Shown one piece after another: positions 25,001 to 37,558 of a stretch of 64,000 nucleotides of DNA. The notes under the pieces are model-generated. The model ran no database searches. It had not been told where the DNA came from and was given only the letters and a program-made list of their open reading frames with translations. The stretch is from the NCBI RefSeq assembly GCF_018350175.1, contig NC_058368.1:77378001-77442000 (forward strand), written 5' to 3'. Made by a program: the position numbers and the translations under genes. Source of the DNA: Felis catus. Taxonomy: Eukaryota. The stretch's first letter is position 1. Every line of letters starts with the position of its first letter.

Positions 25001-25489
25001 TTGTAAAGATATTTTAAGGAAAGAACTAGTAGTATTAGCATTTATTTCTAAGACTATTTCTGGATTTTAACACCATTATATATGCTAGCTGTTTGCTCCT
25101 GGCCGCCTACTACGGCTATAGCTGTCAACCAAGGACTGTGCTTTTTTTGATTTCTTGCTTACTTTCTGTGTTCCTCATAAGAGCGGGAGTTCACTGGGGT
25201 TAGAGCCTTTGACTTAGGCTACCCTGTATCCACAGCCTACGCTGTATGCGGCATGGAACAGGTATTCTATAAAAATTTGTTGAATGAATGAACACTCAGT
25301 CTTGATTCCGTGGCGGTTCTATGGGTCCTTCTAGAGGGATAGCCCTCTCTGTCCATCTAAATATTCCAAACATTTCAGTTATGGTAGCAGAATAGATATG
25401 TTCTTGCCCTCAGAGACCCTCCAGATCAGCTTTTCAGGATATCACCCATAGTCATCCTGGTGGTCCTTCGCCAGCAGGGCACAAAACTC

Positions 25490-25893
25490 ACTTCCTCAAC
25501 TTACGATGGAGTTACATCCCGAAAAACCTATTGTAGGTTGCAAATGTCGTAACAGCAAAAATGCATCTAAAACACCTAGCCTACCCAATACCACATCTGA
25601 CCCCTGCCTGCCTTGAATGTGCTCAAAACATTTATAGTAGCCTGCAGTTGGGCAGTCGTCTCACACAAAGCCTATTTGATAATAAGATGTGGGATATCTC
25701 ATGTCATGTATTGAATACCGTACTGAAAGTAACAACCAGGGGATGCCTGGGTGGCTCAGCTGGACAAGCTGGCCCGGGACAAGATTTGGACAAGATCCAA
25801 ATTCCAAATTTGAGGTTCAGTTTCTTCTGAATGTGTGTTACTTTTGCATCATTGTAACGTCTTGGCAAACCATCCTAAGTGGGGGACCATCTG
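25490..25893. mobile_element. Tigger4 (Zombi/MER46-type) TcMar DNA transposon
   Basis: cctcaacttacgatggagttacatcccga...gtgctcaaaacatttatagtagcctgcagttgggca...taagtgggggaccatctg followed by TA. Confidence 0.85.
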
Positions 25894-26544
25894 TATACCC
25901 AACATTACCTGTTGATATTGAGTCAGCTCACATTTACAGGAAATACGAATCAAATAATTTTTTAGCAATTGCTAACATTCCCAGTAGACTTTCGGGTACT
26001 TGGGGTGCAAGAGAACTAAAGCCATAATCTTTGCCAGCAAGCCCTGTAGAAAATGCTTTATGTAATCTCTTTATGTAAAAATGTGGATTGCTTTAGTAGT
26101 TTATAGTATTTTAAAAAATCACGAAAATTTGAAAAATCTGGAAGTACTTGGAAATTATTCTGATGCTCAACCCAAACATTTCAATTGATGAACTATTTAA
26201 CCACATATCAGGAAATAGTTTGAAAGAGTTTGCGTTAAATCTCCAGGGTACTTGATCTACTTGATTGTATATTTGTATGTCGTATAGACAAGGCTAAATT
26301 CTAATTTCAGGTTCACCAACTTCAGACAGATTTCAATCCTTCTTTCACATCTGAGGGGATAATACCATGGATGTTTGTTGAGTGACATGAATACACCAAA
26401 AATAACAGAAAAACATTGTCTTACTTTTTTAGAAGGTACAATCGAATTGGATTTCTTTTATAACATTCATGGTAATCTACATTTTGGACTGAGGGAAAAT
26501 GTGAGAGTTTCAGAAATAAAAGTTAACTTTAAAAACACACACCA

Positions 26545-26760
26545 GGGACACCTGGGTGGCTCAGTCGGTTGAGCGTCTGACTTCGGCTCAGGTCATGATC
26601 TCGCGGTTGGTGAGTTCAAGCCCTGCGTCGGGCTCTGTGCTGACAGCTCGGAGCCTGGAGCCTGCTTCGGATTCTGTGTCTCCCTCTCTCTCTGCCCCTC
26701 CCCTGCTCATGCTCTGTGTTTCTCTGTCTCAAAAATAAATAAAAACTTAAAAAAAAATTA
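26545..26760 (+). mobile_element. Can-SINE (SINEC_Fc type)
   Basis: Full element; the TSD contains an AC repeat of different length on each side. Confidence 0.95.
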
Positions 26761-28051
26761 AAACACACACACACACCAAAATTGACCATTTAAGAGATGC
26801 CATGTAATGATTGTCCTCTAAAGGCTAAGTCTCGTTTTATCTTGGCTTAAGTCCCACCCAGCTACATATGCTCTTTAGTCGGTGGGTCCTTTCCTGCACA
26901 TTGAGTGGGGTGTACAGTCAGTCTCAGCTCATGGCTGTCCTTCCTAGAGCCCGTGCAGAGCGCCTGCTCACTCCCCGTGCATCACGTTATAATCTTGCCC
27001 TACAACTCCCCTGTGTTTGTTTAGTCTGGGGCTGAGTGTCTGTCTTGGTTTCCTGTCTTGTACCATTAGTCCCTTCTAAGAATGGAATTCTGCCCTGGAT
27101 TCCAGCTGACTTGGTTTGGCTGGCCAAGCCCTTCTCCTCAGGGGCTGGATTGGTGCCCACCTCCCCAGCCACTCACTGCTTCAAAACCCAAGGCTGTGTC
27201 AGGTGGAAAGATCCTGCAGAGGACTCATTGTGTGTTGTTCGTCATTGTCTTCCCCATGCCTCGCATTCATCTACTACGGAGGAGATGACAATTATCTGGC
27301 CAATGGATGAAAGAACGCATTAAGTCCGTTTTCCCTTTGAAATAACGACCCACAACTCCATTGTCTATCCCTTGTCTTTACAGTCAAATTTTGCAAAGAC
27401 TCATTCTTACTAACTCTCTCCTCTTCCCTTTACAAAATATAAGTCTTCTAGAAGTATTAGGCTTAAGATTTCTCTTAGGTGTCCATCTGGCAGATAAGGC
27501 TTCTGGTACATAGGGAGAACTGCAGATTGAAATCTGTTTTGTGCCGTAACTTATGGAGTTGTGATTCGGACTGCTGGTCACCCACCTTGGGTCTCAGTTC
27601 TATAGCCTTGCTCCCTAACACTACTTGGCTTCCTCATATTTTCCAATCACCTCAGCCTCTCACTCTTAGAATGGCAGACAATTATCCCAGGCTCTGGATC
27701 TACCTCAAATGAGGATGAAGATACAAACCCAGTTTTCTCAGTGGTTTTCAGGCTTTAGAGGGATCTCTGGAGAAGTGGGTACTTCTCCTGTGCAAGGAGA
27801 AACATCAGACATGAGACCAGGTAGAAAAAAGTTGAGACCTTTGGTAATAATTCATTAACCTTTGTAGGATCAATTTCCTCATCTTAAATACAGGTATTAT
27901 AAAGTTCATCTTAAGCATTTGGGAACTGATATTTAATAAAGTACTAAGCAAAAATCACTGTAAAGTATTATTTAAACTAGGCAAATAATATCAAAAGTAT
28001 GCCAGGGCTTCATATGAAGTTTACAAAATTCATTAATTTTATTACAGATTA

Positions 28052-28379
28052 TAGTTGACCCTTAAATAATGTAGGCGTTAGGGGTGTTCAATCCCCAGGC
28101 AGTCAAAAATACATGTAGAATTTTGACCCTCCCGACACTTCCCTACTAGTAGCCTACTGTTAACCGGAAGCCTTTCCGATGATATAAACAGTTGATTAAC
28201 GTGTGTTATGTTTTACATTATATTTATTTTGTACTATCTTACAATAAAGTAATCTAGAAAAAAGAAAATGTTCTCAAGAAAATCATTAAAAAGAGAAAAT
28301 ACATTCATAGTGTGAACTGTAAAAAGTCCACGTGTAAGTGGACCCATGCAGTTCAAACCTGTATTGTTCAAGTCAACTG
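28052..28379. mobile_element. Tigger2a-like TcMar DNA transposon
   Basis: TIRs tagttgaccctt and ttgttcaagtcaactg, TA on both sides; internal agcctactgttaaccggaagcc. Confidence 0.85.
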
Positions 28380-29029
28380 TATATTAAATATGGGCTACAA
28401 AATATTCTTATTAAAAACTCTCTCAAAGTTTGTTCTGTAGGATGAAATGATCTTAGAGCAATTGAAGTAGTATTAACTATTAATTCCCTGAGACCTTGAA
28501 ACTTTAATTTATGTACTTAACAATTAGGGGAAAAGAGTTCACAATTGTCTTATGTTCATATTGACTTAATCATAGGGTAGAATCCTTTTTCCTTATCTAT
28601 TATTAATTTTGAAGTGAAAGTCCTTTTTCTTCAAACGATAGCAAAGACAGTTATTTACCATTAAGAAAAAAAAATCTTGCTGTCTTCTCCTTCAGCATAA
28701 AAGCACCTAGAGTGAAAAAAACCAACATTGCATTGGATGACAACTGGTTGAGCAGACATACAAGCAAGGTCTGGTTCTTGATGGTACATTCCCTCACACG
28801 AAGCAATGGGCTATCTCATGGCTTCAACTTGACCCTGTAGTTTGTCACATGGACAAGAACTTGCGGTCGATTTAGGCCAGGATAGAGCTGAGTGTTGACC
28901 ACCATAGCTTTCAAAACACAGATCTACATTCCAAGAGGATTGGGAGGTAAGGCGACCGGGCAGCAAATGTTGAGAGGCTGAGATGTGCCGGGCACCCACA
29001 CCACCATGTGCACGCCTCTGTTTCATTTC

Positions 29030-29190
29030 CGCTGTATCTCAATCCTGAAGGGGGATGTTAATTTCGTCATTTTAAAAACAACAGAACTGACTCTCAAAGA
29101 GAGTAAATTAACTATAACAGGGTTACCTAAGTAGCTAAGAAGGATTGAATAGAGGGTTGAACCCAGGCTTGTCTGTCCCTACATCGAATG
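29030..29190 (-). mobile_element. MIR
   Basis: cattttaaaaa...aactgactctcaaagagagtaaattaact...ttgaacccaggc. Confidence 0.55.
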
Positions 29191-29907
29191 TTCGGTCTAC
29201 AAATGTGTTCCTGTCCATGTCTTATCCTTACAATGTAACCTAAAATCCTAAAATTTCTGCTCACACTTCATCACCGAGACAGCCTCTCCAAGGACACCAA
29301 TGCCCTGCACTCTCCAAACCAAGCGGCCTCCTGTCAGCTTGCGCTCTCTGTGATTGCAGAGCATCATGGCATCCTGTTGACCTGACTTCTCCTTCCTCTT
29401 CGGACTCCTCTGTCTTCAGCTCCTCAGGAAAATATTTTCCCCTCGATTATCCTCTTGTGTCTTGCTTGGGTCACACCTTTGGTGACTTCCACATGCTTCT
29501 GTTTTCGAAAGTGGGCACGTTCCGGAACTTGACACTGAAATTCATAATTTTTTTTTCTTCTAATTTCTTCCTAGACAAGTCAACCTCATAGAATTAGTCA
29601 TCCAATTGGTATAGATATCTCCATAATATCAACCTGTGATATATCTACTTCACATTGTCTTTGCCTGGATGCCCTCTTCACTTGTCTGCCACTTGTTTTG
29701 ATTGGCTGACACAACATTTACTTTCAGGGTTTTGAATTTAAATTTCATCACGTGTAACATATGCTTTTCATTTTGCTGCAGACCCCACCATTCTTTAGTA
29801 CTTATTTTGAACTGATTCACACAGTTGGGGGAGCTGGTAGGTACTATAGGCATTTAAGTTTGTGATTTCTCAAAACTCAACCTTTCCCATGTCAACTCAT
29901 CTAGCTT

Positions 29908-30121
29908 AGGGGTCAGCAAATTACCATCCATCCAAGGCCCAAATCTGGCCTACTGCCTGTTTTTATAAATAAAGTTTTATTAGAACTCATCCATGGCCAT
30001 TTGCTTACATGTTGTCTACCATTGCGCTTTAACAGCAGAATTAAGCAGTGCTGACAGAGACAATATGGCCACAAAAATTTTTTACCATCTGGCTTTTTAT
30101 AGAAAACATTTGCCAACCCCA
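29908..30121. mobile_element. MER58A (hAT-Charlie)
   Basis: aggggtcagcaaa...caaatctggcctactgcctgtttttataaataaagttttatt...tttgccaacccc. Confidence 0.88.
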
Positions 30122-31829
30122 CATCTCGTTTCTATTTCAAATTTCTTAATTTTGAGTGATGGCAATATCATTCTTGCTATAGCTCAGTTAAAAACTATGT
30201 CATTATGACTTTTCACCTCTTCCATTTCTAATTACAAAGACATTCTGTAAATTTCCTTCTTTTTAAAGACTCTCATATTCTATTCTGTTTTCTTAGACTC
30301 ACTACACTAGTCCACACCATAATTATAAAGGACCTTTGGCTAATTCCCTACTGTTACATTTCTGTCCCATTGATCATCATGTGATGGACTCCTTATTAAT
30401 TTTCCTAACTTCACAACATCGCCTTTCCTTCAGAACTCTTATGGAGTCCCTCATTAGAATATCTCACAGAGTCACCTTATTATATAGTGCTTTATCACAA
30501 AAAGCAATATGGGTCACATGTACACACACCTTAACACCTAAAACCTGAATTAAATGAGGTCACTGGGGGATAAATAACTTGTCTAAAATTATACATCCTG
30601 GCCAAGGCAGAGCTGAGATTATAATCTAAATCTCTTGGCTGTCAGTGGAAACTTCTTTTTACTACTTAGCTTGGTATACACCCCTGTCCGATCTCAGTGA
30701 CGTCTCTGAAGATTTGTTATGATCATCCTAAATGAAACCTACAGTTCTGCAAGATGTTCCCATTTCCCACCTTTGCATTTTAATCTTAGCCCTTGTTCCT
30801 ACATTCTACGCCCCCCTCTCTACTTTGTATTTGTTGTTAGCCCCCCTCAGAACACTTACCTCTATGAGTCTACCACGAATTTCCTCCCTTCCCATGCGCC
30901 CTGCTTCCCTTGTGAGATTCCTTGTTTGTGGCAATACTATAACCATTACTGACTCATATTACGTTCCGCTAAATGTAAGTCTTTCTAACCGTATTGTGAG
31001 CCTGCTCCTTCACGGAGTTATGAGTGGGGTGGTAGGGCTTGTGGGACACACTGAAGCCTGGAATCCAAAGCCGGGGATTCCGGTGGGGGGAAGAAGCTGG
31101 GCCTGGAAGGGCTGCGTGCTGCAAAGAGCAAAGCTGAGCACCCTTGGGGAGGGTGACCAGAAGTCCACTCTGGTTTCCTTCTGGTGAATGTGTCTGTGTA
31201 CACAGCTTCCATCTTGGTTGAGAAGCACACTGACAGACCCCATGTGTGCAGAATGCCAGGGTCAGGTGGTACACAAGAGGGCCCCTGGCCCCTGGCTTCA
31301 GGATGCAGTTGGAGGTCAAGCATAGAAGGTGGAGCTGATGAGACGCGGCTTTGATGGTGGGACAGGTTTGATGGTGGGACACTAGCTCCCAGGGCTTGGA
31401 GGCATGTTAAGACCTTAATCCCAACAAGGAAAAAGAAAGCTGAGAGGAAAACAGTGGATTCTGAACTGAAGACAGTTACGAAGGCTGGTCCAGTGTGCCG
31501 GGGACGGTGAGAGGCCATGACTGTATGAGCTCAGGGGGTTCTCAACCTCAAGGGGCAGTGAGACCCGTGGGCACGTGGTCCAAGAAGACTGACCCACAAG
31601 CTCCTTAGTCAGTTTGGGCTGGTGGATCAGTGGGGCTAAACCTTTGCTGAAGCTGAGAGTGTTCTCTGATGAAAGGTTCTGGGGACACACAAGAACCGGT
31701 GTCTTTCTACAATGCCTCTTGTGATCCTGAGCACTTAGTTCTGTGCTTTGGCTCCCATCGGCCTCTCAACACATTCGCTGCTACTCCTGATGAGAATGGC
31801 CAAGTCATCTTGGGTTTAATTAACACCTT

Positions 31830-32010
31830 ACAGGAGGAGAGGGATGCGTGGAGGACGGGGGGACAGAGATGAAACAACAGAGGGGAAAGTGAGGGGACAG
31901 AGACAGAGAGACAGAGAGGGGACAGATGGAGACACAGGGTAACGGAGGGGGGACGGGATGGGGACAGAGATGGAGAAACAGACTGGAGGACAGGAAGACA
32001 GAGACGCAGT
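31830..32010 (+). repeat. GA-rich low-complexity tract (GGGACAGAGA-like units)
   Basis: Degenerate repeats of ggacagaga / gagacag. Confidence 0.75.
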
Positions 32011-32139
32011 GACAAATAATAGCCTGGAGACAAAATGTCCGTGCTCTGAAACTCCCCGTGTCGGGATGAGCAGTGAGTGGCAGAAATCAGCTCTTTCTTT
32101 TTTGCACTAAAATGCAAACACTGTTAATACTGAAAATGA

Positions 32140-32359
32140 GGGCCACCTGGGAGGCTCAGTCAGTTGAGCGTCCGACTTCAGCTCAGGTCATGATCTTGCT
32201 GTTCGTGGGTTCGAGCCCCGTGTTGGGCTCTGTGCTGACAGCTCAGAGCCTGGAGCCCGCTTCAGATTCTGTGTCTCCCTCTCTCTGTGCCCCCTACCCT
32301 GCTCATGCTCTGTCTCTCTCTCAAAAATAAGTAAACATTAAAAAATATTTTAAAAAAAC
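32140..32359 (+). mobile_element. Can-SINE
   Basis: Perfect 12-bp TSD TACTGAAAATGA (32128-32139 and 32360-32371). Confidence 0.95.
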
Positions 32360-33609
32360 TACTGAAAATGAAAGACCGAGAAGAAAGGACACAGAAGAAG
32401 ACGGTGAAGGACCCCTGAGGCCAGAGCGATCACTTAGCCCTGTCCAGCACAGGCCTGGCCCGTGCGTGCCGGATGCCTGGGAATATGATCGTTAACCGAT
32501 GGAAAAAGAAAAGCAACATTTTTGAGACGGAAAAAGGATATTCAGAAGCAAGTGGCGGTGTGGAAGTTGACCGCTGGAGGAAACGTGTTGAAGAAATGTC
32601 TGCCCCGAGTGTCCAACCCATCCACTCCCCAGCCACTTCAAGACAGAACAAGGATGCTGTGGGCAGAAAGTGTGACAACCTCATCCGTCTGATGACATCT
32701 ATTCAAACAGGCCAATGGCATCACCGAGAGGCTACGTGTCCTGATTACAGCCACCCACCAAGCCCTAGGTGGATCCAAGACCACATTTCATCTGATCTTG
32801 GCTCCTACTCACCTGTTAGCACTCCCCCCTGTGACATGAGCGTAAGGACTGTAGGGTCAGACAGGAAAGCGATAGCCCTTACCTAAAGAAATGGCGCTTA
32901 ACCAAATAATGGATTGACATTTAAGGTGCGGGTGGAAAAGTCCTGCTTGGTTTAAAAATCCTACTTTTAAGGCAATTTTAAGGTCTGTTAATATTTAAAT
33001 TCCTCTGACATTTTCTGAGCAAAACGGAGCCCAAATTCAGCCCCCATGGAGTCCCCTGCCAGGCCTCCCACCCCAAAACCCTACCCCACAGAAAGCTCAC
33101 AAGAGTGTTTATTTAAACTATATTCTTTTATAACAAACCGGAATTTATTCCTAGACCAGCTGATTGAATGCTTTAATTTACAAACGGGTTTCACCAAGCT
33201 CGGCAAAGGCACCAGATGCAAAGAGAGTGGCCGCACGGCCGTGCTCAGCCTGTTTAATGCAGGCAATATTGTAAACAGTTCTCCGGGGGCAGGTTTTAGA
33301 AGTGCATTTAATTGCATTTTCCACTTCTCGTAACAGCAAGGGATTAAGCCGAGATGGGGCGTAATGGAACCTGCTCCATCCTGTCACCTTCGAGAGGGAA
33401 AAGGAGAGGAATACACAATGGTGAGCTTGTCGGGAAAGAAATGCCATCATCTGTACTCGAATAAGTTCATGAACCAGCAAGAGCAAACGCATCAGTTTAG
33501 ATTTTACGGTTTCTGGTGGTCTGTTTGCAGGGACAAAGGCCCCAAGGGAACTCAGCTTTATTAGAGACGCCGTCGGACTCTCACAACGGAACCGTGATTT
33601 CAGGAACAA

Positions 33610-33850
33610 ATTCTCATATGCATTTCATATGCAGCATCATTTGAGTTATTGACGTCATACTGATCCATACAATATATAACAGGAATACGTGGCCTGGAGA
33701 AGCCGCTGGGTCCTATTGGTTAAGCCCTCCATATACCCGGGCCGTTGGAACGCTGGGAGGCAGAAGCCTCTCCAGGTGGATCAAGGTGAGTCAGGCATTC
33801 GTTCCCACCGGCACCACACCCCCCTTAGTGCAACCCTCGTGTCACGTGCA
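33610..33850 (+). promoter_or_regulatory. candidate promoter/enhancer with putative short first exon
   Basis: CRE TGACGTCA 33650-33657, TATATAA 33673-33679, donor-like AAG/GTGAGT at 33785/33786 overlapping AP-1 TGAGTCA, E-box GTCACGTG 33841-33848; unique sequence. Confidence 0.3.
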
Positions 33851-34019
33851 GAGATCTGGCCTGTGCCGCCCTTGATATTGACTGGTGCTATTTTTATCCT
33901 CCTCGTTAGTCTCAGGAAGCCTGGACCTCGACGACCGGGGATTAGACCTGAGGCAGCTTTTTCCAAAATGGAGTTCACCCTTAACCATCCACGTCAGAAT
34001 CACTCGGATGATTATTAGA

Positions 34020-34112
34020 AGGAAAAACCATCAGGCCTCAAACCTTGTGAGTTAGAATCTGAATTTTTCCCCAGGTGCTATTTGTACACAGTCAATTTGA
34101 GAGCTGGTGTTC
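34020..34112. mobile_element. MER5A-like fragment
   Basis: gagttagaatctgaattttt ccccaggtg...tgtacacagtcaatttgaga. Confidence 0.5.
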
Positions 34113-34339
34113 TACAAGAATACTAAAGGTCCTCTTTGGTCGATTTATAGGTTTTTGTGGGGCCAGTTAGAAATCGTTTTGACAAGAATTGGCAAGCCGT
34201 CCCAAAGTGGAGTGTTTTTCCCCCATAGTTTGTCACAAGCATCAGTTCTTGCCAAGCAGCAGACGCTTCAGATTCATCTTCAAAACACATACTGTCTCCG
34301 TGTCTAAAACCAAACTCACATCCAAGTTACTCAGGGCAA

Positions 34340-34655
34340 GCTCGTGGCTGTAACGAGCTATGACCCCCCAGCCGCTGAGCGCCCCGGAGGATGATTTGTC
34401 TCTCCCGCCATTGTTCAGAGACCTTCTTCCATATGGCGGCTCTACTGTGCCCTGTGGCGCAGGGTCGGCATGGGGTGCTCTGTTTCCAGCTGGCAGAGGA
34501 GGGAAGGGAGAAGGGGCAGGTGGCACTTGCAGAGGCCAAGCCCGGAAGCGGGCAGTCTCACTCAAGCTCACATTCCACTGGCCAGAAATCCGTCCCAGGA
34601 GCCTACTCGGTTCAAGGAAGGCTGGGAAATGGGTCTGGCTGTGTGCCCACCTGGA
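34340..34655 (-). mobile_element. old MaLR LTR (MLT1J/K-like)
   Basis: gctcacattccactggccagaa...caaggaaggctgggaaatg. Confidence 0.6.
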
Positions 34656-35071
34656 ATGAGTCCTGGTGCTTGATGAACCCATAGCGGACTCCACCACGTG
34701 GAAGACACACAAAGTGTCCATTCCACGAAGACAGAAGCCTCTCCAGTCTGCTCCCTGGCCATCCCCAACCACCACTCCTGACACTCATTGGTCCTCTGCA
34801 TTTCGTAGCTTCTTTAGAAATTTAACTCGATCATGAAATGACATAACATATTCAAGGCGCCCGGAGTGGTGGAATGCACATCGTAGGGACTTAATGTAAG
34901 AGAACCCCCCTCCCGTGACATTTAGTATATAACAGTATTTTGAAACTGATCATAGTATAATTCTTTTGTTTACATATCATCTTCTAACTTTTTTCCACAT
35001 GGCACGAGCTGGCTTTGATTTTTACATTGCTAGGGTCCGAGCGAAACGCTCAGCGAAAGTTCAGACGTGAA

Positions 35072-35250
35072 GGCTCTGGGCTAAAATCTAACACCTGCCA
35101 TTTACCAGCTGTTCCATATCTCTTGGTCTCAATCTTCCGACTTTTAGCCTGGACCTAACAGTAGTCCTCCCATCGTGGGGTTGTATAAAGAGCACAAACA
35201 CACGACTGCTTAGCACAGCGTCTGGCATAAATAATCGACAATAAATTTTA
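35072..35250 (+). mobile_element. MIR
   Basis: tgccatttaccagctg...tgcttagcacagcgtctggcataaataa...caataaat. Confidence 0.65.
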
Positions 35251-36172
35251 GTGAGCATAAATCTTAACTCCACGGCATGTGGCTCAAAGCTTGTGAGGGA
35301 ACGTGTGAGACCGAAAAAGCTGGTGAAAACTTGCACAACTCAGCACAGCCATTCCGTTCCGAGAAAGCCCCGTGAAATAACCTGTAGATGATAGCACGTG
35401 AAACAATTTACCGCAAAATTTAGAAGGGCGCAGAGGCATGCACACACACGAGTTTTTTATTTTGCTGGCAAGACTGGAAGTGCTCCCAGTAAGACCATAT
35501 GTGCTCCCAATTTAATAGAGAGTTTTTACATTCCTTTTCCTACAGAACAAAATTTACCTTCCAGTTAGGAATGAATGAACCTGAACGCTTCCATGTTGAA
35601 GTGGGAGTTGGTGGGGAAGCTTCTAAAATATACATGAGTCAGCCATGGACAGAAAGAATCCAGTTCTCTGGGAAACCATAGTTCTGATTCATCATCCAGA
35701 TCTAAAGTCTAAACAGCGGTTAATACTGAATTTAAAAGATCAGAAAACATAAAGTAGTGTAACTATCAACAAATGAATGCACTTTAGTATCAGTAATTAT
35801 TAATACTTCAAAGTATATTTGAATTTGCTTCTGCCTGGTTAATAAGAAAGCCGTCTTTCTTTTTGCTCTTTACAAAATTAAGCATTAACCAGGCGTTTCT
35901 CGTAACAAAATGCTGGGTGAGCCATACTGTGGACTTTCATCCCAACACAGACAATTTTCTCAGTCCTGTGTATGTATGACCCTAGCCACGAGACAATAAT
36001 GAATTAAGTACATGATTCAGTGAGATGTGTGGAGGGTTAGCTCAGGTAACATCCACCTGCTTTCTCCGCCACCTTCCCCAGTCCACCCCTGAGATGATCT
36101 ATAATCTCGAGGGGGAAAAGAATTCATGTTAATAGTTTAGATAGATGGTCTTTTAAAATGTCATATGGACCA

Positions 36173-36387
36173 GGGCACCTGCGTGGCTCAGTCAGTTAAG
36201 CGTCCAGCTTTGGCTCAGGTCATGATCTGGTGGTCTGTGAGTTTGAGCCCTACATCGGGCTCTGGGCTGACAGCTCGGAGCCTGGAGCCTGCTTCGGATT
36301 CTGTGTCTCCCTCTCTCTCTGCCCCTCCCCTGCTCATGCTCTGTCTCTGTCTCTCTTTCTCAAAAATAAATAAACATTAAAAAAAAG
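36173..36387 (+). mobile_element. Can-SINE
   Basis: Full element; TSD core tatggacca on both sides. Confidence 0.93.
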
Positions 36388-36898
36388 TTTTATGGACCAT
36401 CCTTCATTTAGAAGAATCAACACTTGGGGCCCAGGATGCTCCCAGACCCTTGCTCTGAAACAGACAGAAGTCCCCAAGGGTTAACAATTGCTGCAAAAGA
36501 GAAAAGATGTGCCTAAGAAGAGAAAAAGAGGTCAGATCTTAAATTGCCAGTCAGGTTGGAGGACCGGGCTTCTGGTCTACCGGCTACCTGAATTGCACGG
36601 TGTGGATTGGCAAGTAACGCTAACGGGGCTTCCTCCGGGCCCTGGGGGAATATGACAGGGTAAGTCCTGTAATAAGACAAGGTCAGGTCTAAAGCACAGG
36701 ACTAGATGAACAGTCATGGACTTAGAAGAACAAACCTCCCACGTCGTCTGAGCCTGGCTGGAACAACCTCTCTTGAAGCTCTAGAATCTCCATACTGCTT
36801 CAGCTGGGGTCCCACATCTCCCTCAAAGCTCCCCCTCTCTTGCTGCCTCATTCTGAACTTCAACTTGCCCCTTCTTAACTACTCTTCCTGGTCAATCA

Positions 36899-37115
36899 TT
36901 TTCTTAATTATGTTTTTTCTTTTTATTTGAGAGGGAGAGAGAGAGAGCACACAACTGGGGAAGACGGGAAGAGGGAGAAGGAAAGAGAATCTCAAAAGCA
37001 GGCTCCATGCCAACCACAGAGCCCAATGTGGGGCTCGATCCCACAACTCTGGGATCACGACCTGAGGTGAAATCAAGAGTCAGACACTTACCTGATGGAG
37101 CCAGCCGGGTGCCCC
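36899..37115 (-). mobile_element. older Can-SINE (SINEC_b/c-like)
   Basis: gagaatctcaaaagcaggctcc...gatcccacaactctgggatcacgacctgag...aatcaagagtcagac. Confidence 0.88.
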
Positions 37116-37342
37116 TCTCACGTTCAACCCTTACACCATGGGGCCTTAGCTTGGTTTTGTCTGCTTCCTACATTGCCTACCCACATGCATTTCCAACTAC
37201 ATCTTGCTCACTGCTCAGATACATCGCTGGTCCAAGAGCACCTCAGACAAGCAGCCCGGGTTCTGGGTCAGAATGTTGTTGAGGTGCTAGAAGGCTGCTT
37301 TCATGCCAAAAGAACTATTCATGTAAATATACGCACATCACT

Positions 37343-37558
37343 GGGGCAACTGGGTGGCTCAGTCGGTTAAACGTCCAACTTCAGCTCAGGTCATGATCTC
37401 GCCCTTCGTGGGTTGGAGCCCCGCATCGGGCTCTGTGCTGACGGCTCAGAGCCTGGAGCCTGCTTCGGGTTCTGTGTCTCCCTCTCTTTGCCCCTCCTCT
37501 GCTCGTGCTCTCTCTCTCCCTCTCCCTCTCTCTCAAAAATAAATAAATGTTACAAAAG
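37343..37558 (+). mobile_element. Can-SINE
   Basis: Head ggggcaactgggtggctcagtcggttaa, CT tract, aaaaataaataaa. Confidence 0.93.

Noticed and set aside
32473..32886. 137-aa ORF in CpG-retaining sequence
   Set aside because: No recognisable domain, an overlapping antisense ORF is equally open, and no exon structure is evident.
35036..35070. GAGCGAAACGCTC hairpin and repeated GCGAAA, suggestive of a hammerhead ribozyme
   Set aside because: No CUGANGA core in the required position; other CTGATGA occurrences I checked lack a properly placed stem II and GAAA.
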